IMG/VR virus record: IMGVR_UViG_3300029478_000007
From: a virus
Direction: 5' to 3' (one strand)
DNA: 40,115 nucleotides
The notes under the pieces were generated by a model. It worked only from the letters and a program-made list of their open reading frames with translations, did not search any database and was not told where the DNA came from. The translations under genes and the position numbers were made by a program. This document shows positions 26,796-33,624 of this stretch, piece after piece. Position 1 is the stretch's first letter. Every line of letters begins with the position of its first letter.

Positions 26796-27134
26796 ATGGA
26801 TGCTGGAACCATCACGATCATTTGCGCCGTGCTCGGCTCGTCCGCGCTTACGGCGGTAGTGAACGCCGTCGTAAGCGCGATACAAAAAAAGCGCGGCAAG
26901 GCCACATCGCAGGATGAGCATCTCGGCGAGATTGACAAAAAGCTCGGGAAAATGCAGGAGCATCAGGACGAGCAATATCTCGCAATTCTCCGGCTGACCA
27001 TCATGTCAGAGGAAATGCCAATGGCCGAGCGCCTGATCGCCGGGCAAAAATACGTCAAGCTGGGCGGCAACGGCGATGTAAAAAAGTTTTTGCACCAGCT
27101 GGAGGCGCAATGCGGACATAGCAATGGAGTTTAG
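26796..27134 (+). CDS. Membrane protein with an N-terminal TM helix (lysis-region)
   Basis: GTITIICAVLGSSALTAVVNAVVSAI is a TM segment, followed by a charged helical tail. Confidence 0.55.
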   Translation: MDAGTITIICAVLGSSALTAVVNAVVSAIQKKRGKATSQDEHLGEIDKKLGKMQEHQDEQYLAILRLTIMSEEMPMAERLIAGQKYVKLGGNGDVKKFLHQLEAQCGHSNGV

Positions 27135-27381
27135 CAAGAAGTGGCTGATCTGCAGCGCGCTCGTCAGCCTCGCACTCATTATCGCCTGCGCGGCAGGCGC
27201 AGACCTGACGGAGATCACGCTTGCGGTGCTGGCCGAAACAACGGCCTCCAGCGGCTTTTACCTCTGGAAAGCCAAAAATGAGAACCGCGCGAAGTACGCG
27301 CAGAAGTACATGGATAAATGGGCCGAGAAATACGGCCCGGAAGCGGCGGCACGCATCGCGGAGATCGTGCTGAAAGACTGA
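27124..27381 (+). CDS. Putative holin (two TM segments, 85 aa)
   Basis: WLICSALVSLALIIACAAG and ITLAVLAETTASSGFYLW are hydrophobic segments. Confidence 0.55.
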   Translation: MEFSKKWLICSALVSLALIIACAAGADLTEITLAVLAETTASSGFYLWKAKNENRAKYAQKYMDKWAEKYGPEAAARIAEIVLKD

Positions 27382-27394
27382 AAGGAGCATACAT

Positions 27395-27703
27395 ATGGAC
27401 TATACACAGATCATCTCGGCAGTGATCGCGCTCATCAGCGCGCTCGTTTCGGCATTTTTGATCCCGTGGCTCAAAACAAAGATCGACGCGGACAAGCTGC
27501 AAACGCTCCGCACTTACGTTGAAATCGGCGTAAAAGCGGCGGAACAGCTCTACGCGGCAACGGACGGCGAGGAAAAGAAAGCCTATGTGATCAATTTTCT
27601 GGCCGAACACGGAATCCGGTTCGACGTATCTACAATCGATCAGCTGATCGAGGCCGCCGTGCTGCAGCTGCACCACGAGTTGTACGGGAGTGAGCGGGCA
27701 TGA
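27395..27703 (+). CDS. Holin, LL-H-like
   Basis: The N-terminal TM IISAVIALISALVSAFLIPWL and the helical tail resemble the LL-H holin family. The gene precedes the endolysin. Confidence 0.65.
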   Translation: MDYTQIISAVIALISALVSAFLIPWLKTKIDADKLQTLRTYVEIGVKAAEQLYAATDGEEKKAYVINFLAEHGIRFDVSTIDQLIEAAVLQLHHELYGSERA

Positions 27704-28410
27704 GCATCAAGATCGGGCAGGCCAGTCTCGGCGAGACGGGCGGCCGCAATCAGCAGCCCGGCAACCAGAATGGGCGGGAGCTGAATATCTCCAACTGGTA
27801 CAACGGCCGCTGGCTCGGCGTCCTGCGCTACAAGAGCCGCAAAAAGGCCGAGCGGGCCGCGCAGACGTGCGAGGCAGCAATTAAAAACCGGAATATCGGT
27901 TACGACATGGACGGCCGGAACACGGCATACGAGGCCGCCAGAGCCGTCAGGTGGGACGTGAGCAGGATCGCAAAGCCTGTGGAGACGGACTGCTCCGCGC
28001 TCATGATGCTCTGCGCCGTGGCCGCAGGCTGCGCGTCGGTCGAAGCGCTCTACAAAAAGCAGGGCAATAGCTGCACAACATACTGCATGCTGCACGATTG
28101 GCCAGCAACGGGAGATTTTGTGCTGCTGACCGGCAGCAAGTATCTGACGACGGACGCCAATCTCCTGCGCGGCGACGTACTGGTAAGCGAGGGCCATACG
28201 GTCATGGCACTCGAAGATGGAAAAAATGCAGAGGAGGAAACCGAAATGGTAGAAAAAAGCAAGATCATCGTGGACGGCAAGGAAGTCGCCGTTGAACGCA
28301 TCCTGAAAGACGGAACGAACTACGTCAAGGTGCGCGATCTGGCCGCAGCGCTGGATCTCGAAGTGAGCAACAAGGGCAATATCGCTGTGCTGAATCACAA
28401 GGAAAAGTAA
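27700..28410 (+). CDS. Endolysin: Cys-His cell-wall hydrolase domain plus a C-terminal Cu-amine-oxidase-N1-like wall-binding domain
   Basis: IGYDMDGRNT...ETDCSALMM...GDVLVSEGHTVMAL suggests a Cys/His hydrolase. The C-terminus is IIVDGKEVAVERILKDGTNYVKVRDLAAALDLEV. Confidence 0.75.
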   Translation: MSIKIGQASLGETGGRNQQPGNQNGRELNISNWYNGRWLGVLRYKSRKKAERAAQTCEAAIKNRNIGYDMDGRNTAYEAARAVRWDVSRIAKPVETDCSALMMLCAVAAGCASVEALYKKQGNSCTTYCMLHDWPATGDFVLLTGSKYLTTDANLLRGDVLVSEGHTVMALEDGKNAEEETEMVEKSKIIVDGKEVAVERILKDGTNYVKVRDLAAALDLEVSNKGNIAVLNHKEK

Positions 28411-28423
28411 GGAGGCGGGGCCT

Positions 28424-28672
28424 ATGTCGCCGCAGGCGCGGGCCAAGCTGCCGCCGGAGCTGGGCCGCCTGACCCGCAAGGACATGGAGGCCGTGATCTA
28501 TCAGGCCAATCTTGGCCGGGAGAATGAGAAGATCGCGCACCTTTACTTCGTGGACAAGCTCCCGCAAGTGGACGTTGCAACAGAATTGTATCTTGGCCGC
28601 GCCACGGTACAGCGACGCCTGCCGGAGATCATGGCGCGGATGAAGGCTGCGTCCGGCAGTCTTCCAAACTGA
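28424..28672 (+). CDS. Small sigma-70 region-4-like HTH protein
   Basis: LPQVDVATELYLGRATVQRRLPEIMARM. It is the first gene of the post-lysis cargo block. Confidence 0.55.
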   Translation: MSPQARAKLPPELGRLTRKDMEAVIYQANLGRENEKIAHLYFVDKLPQVDVATELYLGRATVQRRLPEIMARMKAASGSLPN

Positions 28673-28722
28673 GCGGAAATGATGCACAAGTGATACGCAG
28701 CTGAGGCACATCAAAACGCAAA

Positions 28723-28767
28723 AAAGCCCATACTGGACACATCAAAGGAGTGTTCGGTATGGGCTTT
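28723..28767 (+). promoter_or_regulatory. 11-bp stem hairpin enclosing the SD and start codon of the next gene, followed by TTTTCTT
   Basis: aaagcccatac (28723-28733) pairs with gtatgggcttt (28757-28767). The loop contains AAAGGAG, and the ATG at 28759 lies in the 3' arm. Confidence 0.5.
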
Positions 28768-29142
28768 TCTTATTTCAATCCAAATCCCGCTGGGCAGAAG
28801 GTCGGGGACTGCACCGTCCGGGCTATCGCAAAGGCGACCGGGAAGAGCTGGGACGAGGTGTATATCGGCCTGTGCCTGCAGGGGCTCATTATGGGCGATC
28901 TGCCGAGCGCGAACAGTGTATGGGGGGCGTATCTCCGGCAGCAGGGCTTTACCCGGAACGTAATCCCGAACACGTGCCCGGACTGCTATACCGTCGCGGA
29001 TTTCTGCGCAGATCATCCGCGCAGCGTGTATGTGCTGGCGTTATCAAGCCACGTTGTGTGCGTGGAGGATGGGACGTATTTTGACACGTGGGATTCTGGG
29101 AGTGAAATTCCACTGTTTTATTGGGCAAAGGAGGAAGCATGA
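28759..29142 (+). CDS. Putative papain-fold Cys hydrolase (C...H...D order), function unknown
   Basis: Candidate residues are GDCTVRAI (Cys), SSHVVCV (His) and DTWDS (Asp). The ATG at 28759 follows AAAGGAG. Confidence 0.45.
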   Translation: MGFSYFNPNPAGQKVGDCTVRAIAKATGKSWDEVYIGLCLQGLIMGDLPSANSVWGAYLRQQGFTRNVIPNTCPDCYTVADFCADHPRSVYVLALSSHVVCVEDGTYFDTWDSGSEIPLFYWAKEEA

Positions 29143-29612
29143 TGTTTGGACAACAGCCGTATGTGTATCAGCAGCCGATTTACAATCAGTCGCCCATGCC
29201 GCAGATGCAGGAGCCGCAGATGCAGATGCGTCCGCAGTATCAGCCCGCGCCGCAGATGCCGACTTATCAGCCGCAGCCACAGCAGCCGCAAAACCAGTCG
29301 ATCATCTGGATCCCGAACGAGCAGGCGGCAAACGACTTTATTGTCGCGCCCAACAACGCAGTAACGCTTTGGGATATGAACGCGCCGGTCGTGTATGTGA
29401 AAAAGGCCGATGCAAGCGGAAAGCCGAGCATGACAACGTATGATCTTGTGGAGCGCGCACAGACCGTTATAACGCCCACAGCGGCCCGAAGGGACATGAG
29501 CGAGGAATATGTGACCCGCAAGGAGTTCGACGAGCTTGTAGCCAAGCTGACGGCTCCCAGCGTAAGACCGACGCGCAAGACAAAGGAGGCAGACAATGAA
29601 CCCACTGTTTAA
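29139..29612 (+). CDS. Q/P-rich N-terminus protein with a conserved-looking beta domain (IIWIPNEQAANDFIVAPNNAVTLWD...VYVKKADASGKP)
   Basis: The ATG at 29139 overlaps the upstream stop (ATGA) and follows AAAGGAGGA. Confidence 0.6.
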   Translation: MMFGQQPYVYQQPIYNQSPMPQMQEPQMQMRPQYQPAPQMPTYQPQPQQPQNQSIIWIPNEQAANDFIVAPNNAVTLWDMNAPVVYVKKADASGKPSMTTYDLVERAQTVITPTAARRDMSEEYVTRKEFDELVAKLTAPSVRPTRKTKEADNEPTV

Positions 29613-29811
29613 TGCTCTGGGCGGCGGGCAAATGCCCGGCCAGATCGGCCAGTTTCAGCAGCTGGTGCAGCAGTTCCGGCAATTCCAGAGCGCATTTAAG
29701 GGGAATCCGAAAGCAGAGGTTGAAAAGCTTGTGCAGTCGGGCCAGATATCGCAGCAGCAGTTAAATCAGCTGCAACAGGTGGCAAGCCAGTTTCAGCAGC
29801 TTCTTGGATAA
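29596..29811 (+). CDS. Small Q-rich helical protein (71 aa)
   Basis: ORF with a GGAGG SD. Q-rich heptad-like sequence. Confidence 0.55.
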   Translation: MNPLFNALGGGQMPGQIGQFQQLVQQFRQFQSAFKGNPKAEVEKLVQSGQISQQQLNQLQQVASQFQQLLG

Positions 29812-29824
29812 CTTAGATTTCAAT

Positions 29825-29836
29825 TCGTGCGCACGA
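29825..29836. promoter_or_regulatory. Perfect 12-bp palindrome TCGTGCGCACGA upstream of 29874 (candidate operator)
   Basis: Read directly. It lies within the spacer of a possible promoter (TTCAAT-17-ATAAAT). Confidence 0.4.
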
Positions 29837-29873
29837 TTGAGATAAATTTCAAAATCTACGAAAGGAGAAAACT

Positions 29874-30695
29874 ATGAGTTTGAATGGCGATGGTATTCCT
29901 ATGAACATGCCTGTTGTTCCGGCTGGCACGAACAACGGTAATGGATGGGGAGGCTTTGGCGGCGATAACGGCTGGTGGATTATTCTGTTCTTCATTGTTC
30001 TGATGGGGTGGAATCGGAACGGTTGGGGCGGCAATAATGGCAGCGGCGCTGCGGACAACTATGTTCTTGCAAGTGACTTTGCTACGCTTCAGAGGCAGAT
30101 TGACAGCGCGGCGTCCACACTCGAGCGTAAGGGCGAAATTACCCAGCAGGGGCTTTGCGACGGATTTTACGCAATGAACACTACGTTGCTGAACGGTTTC
30201 GCCGGTGTCAATCAGAACATGAACACTGGCTTCCAGTCCGCCGAGCTTTCCCGTTGCAATCAGCAGGCGGCGCTCATGCAGCAGCTTAACGCGATGCAGA
30301 TGCAGGCGGCGAACTGCTGCTGCGAAAACCGCGCTTCAATCGCCCAGGTGCGCTACGACATGGCGACGCAGGCATGCGACACCCGCAACACCGTGCAGAA
30401 CACCACGCGCGACATCATCGACGCGATGAACTGCGGCTTCCGCAGCATCGACCAGCGTCTGACGGCGCAGGAGCTTGCGGCGAAGGACGCGAAGATCGCC
30501 GAGCAGAACCAGCAGCTCTTTGTTGCGCAGCTTGCGGCAAGCCAGAACGCTCAGACGCTCGATCTGCGTAACTATGTGAGCGGGCAGTTGGCATATTACA
30601 ACCCGCGCCCTGTTCCGGCATTCAGCGTTCCGGCCCCGTACCAGTACGCAGGATGCAACAGCGGTTACAACTACGGCTGCGGCAACTGCGCGTAA
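29874..30695 (+). CDS. Membrane protein: G/W/N-rich N-terminus plus TM (YjcZ-like look), Q/N/A-rich coiled coil, Cys clusters
   Basis: NGNGWGGFGGDNGWWIILFFIVLMGWNRNGWGGNNG, then CCCENR, QACDTRN and MNCGFRS, and a C-terminal AGCNSGYNYGCGNCA. Confidence 0.65.
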   Translation: MSLNGDGIPMNMPVVPAGTNNGNGWGGFGGDNGWWIILFFIVLMGWNRNGWGGNNGSGAADNYVLASDFATLQRQIDSAASTLERKGEITQQGLCDGFYAMNTTLLNGFAGVNQNMNTGFQSAELSRCNQQAALMQQLNAMQMQAANCCCENRASIAQVRYDMATQACDTRNTVQNTTRDIIDAMNCGFRSIDQRLTAQELAAKDAKIAEQNQQLFVAQLAASQNAQTLDLRNYVSGQLAYYNPRPVPAFSVPAPYQYAGCNSGYNYGCGNCA

Positions 30696-30769
30696 CAACT
30701 CCACATCGTAGAGCTTTTTCGTGGCCTCACGAAAATGGTCGGCCCCCATTGCCGATACTCGATAGCAAC

Positions 30770-30804
30770 GCGGCGGGGCAATCGTCCCGCCGCTGTATTT
30801 TTTA
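30770..30804 (+). terminator. Rho-independent terminator (GCGGCGGG / CCCGCCGC stem, then TGTATTTTTT)
   Basis: The stem is 30770-30777 / 30786-30793, and the T-run extends to 30804. Confidence 0.75.
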
Positions 30805-30820
30805 TGAAAGGAATGATTTT

Positions 30821-31045
30821 ATGGCAACATATAAGGAACTCAAGAAGAAATTCATCGATCACCTGATGGGCGTGGATCTGTACAAGATGAACATCACGGA
30901 TCTCTATACATACGCCTGTATCCTGAAAACGGTGGACGAAATGGAGCAGCCGAGCTGCGCAGAGGCGATGAAGACGGCGATGGAGCCGATTTTGAACTAC
31001 TGCAAAGCAGGCAATTCGGGAAGCGGGGTGTTTGGGATTGGCTGA
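30821..31045 (+). CDS. Small protein (74 aa) ending GNSGSGVFGIG
   Basis: The ATG at 30821 follows GAAAGGAATG. The ORF-track start at 30653 was rejected because it spans the terminator. Confidence 0.5.
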   Translation: MATYKELKKKFIDHLMGVDLYKMNITDLYTYACILKTVDEMEQPSCAEAMKTAMEPILNYCKAGNSGSGVFGIG

Positions 31046-31460
31046 GTTTACAAATTCCAACGTCGTCGGCGTCGCCGCCGGGCAGAACGTCCCTCTGATC
31101 TCCACGGCAGCTTGCGGAAAGCCGTGCATCGTACATCGCGAAGGAAGCGGGCTCGTTACGCTGCGCGGGCTTACGCAGCAATGCAAGGCGAAGTTCCGCG
31201 TATCCTTTGGCGCGAATATCGCCGTACCTACAGGCGGAACAGTAGGTGCCATTACCGCTGCGCTCGCAATCAACGGCGAACCTCTGAGCAGCGCCACAGC
31301 GACCGTAACCTCTGCGGCTGTTGAGAACTATTTCAACATCTTCGTTTCCACATTCGTGGAAGTCCCGCGTGGCTGCTGCCTGACTGTAGCGGCGAAGAAC
31401 ACCAGCGCGCAGGCAGTAAGTTTCGCAAATAGCAATATGATCGTCGAGCGCGTATCGTGA
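31032..31460 (+). CDS. Stand-alone jelly-roll protein resembling the BclA C-terminal (TNF/C1q-like) domain
   Basis: Beta-rich pattern ...VTLRG...KFRVSFGANIAVPTGG...ALAINGEPL...FVEVPRGCCLTVAAKNTS...NMIVERVS, recognised by eye. TTG start at 31032 or 31038. Confidence 0.5.
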   Translation: MGLAEFTNSNVVGVAAGQNVPLISTAACGKPCIVHREGSGLVTLRGLTQQCKAKFRVSFGANIAVPTGGTVGAITAALAINGEPLSSATATVTSAAVENYFNIFVSTFVEVPRGCCLTVAAKNTSAQAVSFANSNMIVERVS

Positions 31461-31474
31461 AAGGAGGATGCAAT

Positions 31475-31846
31475 ATGTACGATTTGAGAAACCTGCGTGA
31501 AATGCTCTGCAAAGAGCTGGACGAAATCGCCGACAAGCGCGAAATGTCTGCGGGCGATCTGGACGCGATCCAGAAGCTGACAAGCTCCATCAAGAATACC
31601 TACAAGATCGAGACGGCTGAAGACGGCGGCTATTCCCGCGACGGCGAGTGGGAAGCGGATATGCGCGGCACATATGGACGCGGAAGTTCATACCGTGGGC
31701 GCCGCCGCGACGCAATGGGCCGCTACAGCCGCACAGACGCCCGCGAGCATATGCATGCGCAGCTGGAGGATATGATGCGCGACGCGGACGACGATAAAAC
31801 CCGTGACGCGATCCGCCGCTGCATGGAGCAGATCGAGCGGGCATAA
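31475..31846 (+). CDS. Hypothetical charged protein (123 aa, R/D/G-rich centre)
   Basis: The ATG at 31475 follows AAGGAGG (31461-31467). Confidence 0.6.
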   Translation: MYDLRNLREMLCKELDEIADKREMSAGDLDAIQKLTSSIKNTYKIETAEDGGYSRDGEWEADMRGTYGRGSSYRGRRRDAMGRYSRTDAREHMHAQLEDMMRDADDDKTRDAIRRCMEQIERA

Positions 31847-31858
31847 GGAGAGCGCAAT

Positions 31859-32206
31859 ATGTTGGATGCAGCCGAAATCCGGAAAGAGATTGCTCGCCTG
31901 GAATATGAGGAATCCGACTATAAGAATTACGCTAAGCTTGCGGATCTGTATGTGATCCGCAAGCAGATGCAGGAAGAGGAACGGGGCGACGGCGGTAGGT
32001 ATGTGGGTTACTACTCCGGCGCTCCCGCCCCTGTGACCGCAGAACCGGCTACCGTGGGCGAGTACGGGGACAGTGAGTTTTTGCTTGCAGTAGCTGGGAA
32101 AGACCCGGCGAAGGCTTGGGCGGTCGTTGATGAACTTATGGACACATTATCGCTTGTGAACCGAAAAGTCTATGATTCTATGCTTCGGAAAATAAAGTCC
32201 ATGTAG
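31859..32206 (+). CDS. Hypothetical protein (115 aa)
   Basis: The ATG at 31859 follows AAGGAG. It is the last + strand gene before attP. Confidence 0.6.
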   Translation: MLDAAEIRKEIARLEYEESDYKNYAKLADLYVIRKQMQEEERGDGGRYVGYYSGAPAPVTAEPATVGEYGDSEFLLAVAGKDPAKAWAVVDELMDTLSLVNRKVYDSMLRKIKSM

Positions 32207-32243
32207 CAAAAAATAGGGGAGTCCCCTCGCATTGCGCTGAATC

Positions 32244-32265
32244 TGTAGCATACAATGTAGCATAC
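32244..32265 (+). repeat. Two direct copies of TGTAGCATAC (32244-32253, 32256-32265): candidate integrase arm-type sites, left arm
   Basis: Exact 10-mers. A third exact copy lies at 32506-32515 on the other side of the core. Confidence 0.6.
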
Positions 32266-32348
32266 GGGAAATAATTTTATGTTACAGAGCGTGTCATAAC
32301 GTGATTTTTTGCTTTTTGAAAATACGCAGAAAATAGGGTGAAAGACAT

Positions 32349-32391
32349 AAAAAAGTACCGACTTTAGATTTAAAACATCTAAAATCGGTAC
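32349..32391 (-). terminator. Terminator hairpin (14/15 bp) plus T6 immediately downstream of the tRNA 3' end on the minus strand
   Basis: gtaccgactttagat (32355-32369) pairs with atctaaaatcggtac (32377-32391). An A6 run at 32349-32354 gives the U-tract on the minus strand. Confidence 0.7.
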
Positions 32392-32393
32392 TT

Positions 32394-32458
32394 TGGCGCG
32401 GAAGGAGAGATTTGAACTCTCGCGCGCTTTTTAGACGCCTACTCCCTTAGCAGGGGAG
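32394..32458 (-). other. attP core: 3' part of a tRNA-Ser(GCU) gene (anticodon arm, long variable arm, T-arm, acceptor 3' strand, CCA); the 5' half is absent
   Basis: The minus strand reads CTCCC-CTGCTAA-GGGAG ... GAGAG-TTCAAAT-CTCTC-CTTCCGC-G-CCA. No GCGGAAG acceptor 5' strand or D-arm lies upstream. Confidence 0.75.
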
Positions 32459-32505
32459 AAAAACCCATTGAAAACACTGGGGAAATTGGCGTTTGTAACA
32501 TATTT

Positions 32506-32515
32506 TGTAGCATAC
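32506..32515 (+). repeat. Third copy of TGTAGCATAC (right arm, next to the int stop); degenerate copy TGTAACATA at 32494-32502
   Basis: Exact 10-mer in the same orientation as the left-arm copies. Confidence 0.6.
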
Positions 32516-32520
32516 ATAAT

Positions 32521-33624
32521 TCACTCTGTCGAGTCGTTTTGTAACTGATTTACGGCATTGACCATGCCTTTCATGTCCGGGTGTACATACCGTTGGGTAG
32601 TCGTTATCTTCGTGTGGCGCATGATTTCCTTGATCATAAACGGGTCGATGTTTTTCATTGCGAGGGCTGTAGCGGTTGTATGGCGGCATGAGTAAGGTGG
32701 TAGCTTTTGCACTCCGGCAAGCTCCAAACACTCATAATATCTCTTGTAAAAATTATCTTTGTTTATGCAGCAGATATTTCCGACGCGCGATTTGCTTTCT
32801 TCGCATAGTTCATGCAGCACTGGCGCAACGAAATCCGGGAATACCATAGGCGTTTCCTTCCGCTTCTTTGTCTTTATGCCGCCTCGGACGATCTCATTTT
32901 TCTCAAAGTCAATCATGTCCTTTTTGAGCTTCAGAAGCTCACCAGGCATCATGCCGGTATAGATCATCGTAAGGATAAACCCGACAAAGTGATCTTTTGC
33001 ATACGCTTCCCATAGCTTTTTTACGTCGGCGTCGGTAAACGGCTCCGGCGACTTCTCTTCCAATTCCGGAAGCTTTATGTACTTTGCAAGATTCACGGTA
33101 GTCTGCTTTTCGGCAATCGCGAGATTGTAGCAATGGGAAAGGACTGTTTTCATGTCCTTCCGCGTGTAATAGGTGCTGGCGTTGCGGTCGATAACATCCT
33201 GTATCTGCGCGATGGTAAGCGCGTCGATCTCACGGTCGGCGATTTCTTTCATGCGCTCGAAAGCCTTTTCTGCCGCTCCCTGACGATCAGCCGATAAGGA
33301 TAGATAATCCCCACGCAGATATGTTTTGTAGTATTCTCTGAGAGTGGGGCTTCGCTGCTCTTCCTTCGGAGGGTTTGCTGCATATTGGAGGGCGGCGCGC
33401 TTTGATGTAAACCCGCCTTTTGTTCGCATCTTTTGCCGAAGCTTGTCGTTCTCGTCTAGGTAAGTTCTTTCTGTCCAACGCGCCGTCCACGTCTTCCCTC
33501 GCTGGTAAGCGCTTCCTTGCCCGTTCCCGCGTGTCCGGCTTCGCCGCGCTTCCTGCTTTTTCCCGCACCAGCAACAGTAGGGCGCGCCGTCTGGAATTTC
33601 TTTTTTACACTTGATGCACTCCAT
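32521..33624 (-). CDS. int: Tyrosine integrase with an N-terminal zinc ribbon
   Basis: CIKCKKEIPDGAPYCCWCG, SCRHTTATALA and MRHTKITTTQRYVH motifs. The ATG at 33624 follows GGAGGG. The ORF-track start at 33654 is possible. Confidence 0.9.
   Translation of the reverse strand: MECIKCKKEIPDGAPYCCWCGKKQEARRSRTRGNGQGSAYQRGKTWTARWTERTYLDENDKLRQKMRTKGGFTSKRAALQYAANPPKEEQRSPTLREYYKTYLRGDYLSLSADRQGAAEKAFERMKEIADREIDALTIAQIQDVIDRNASTYYTRKDMKTVLSHCYNLAIAEKQTTVNLAKYIKLPELEEKSPEPFTDADVKKLWEAYAKDHFVGFILTMIYTGMMPGELLKLKKDMIDFEKNEIVRGGIKTKKRKETPMVFPDFVAPVLHELCEESKSRVGNICCINKDNFYKRYYECLELAGVQKLPPYSCRHTTATALAMKNIDPFMIKEIMRHTKITTTQRYVHPDMKGMVNAVNQLQNDSTE

Noticed and set aside
32394-32495. A complete tRNA gene on the minus strand
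   Set aside because: Only the anticodon arm through CCA is present. The sequence where the acceptor 5' strand (GCGGAAG) and D-arm should be does not fit, so it was interpreted as the attP core fragment instead.
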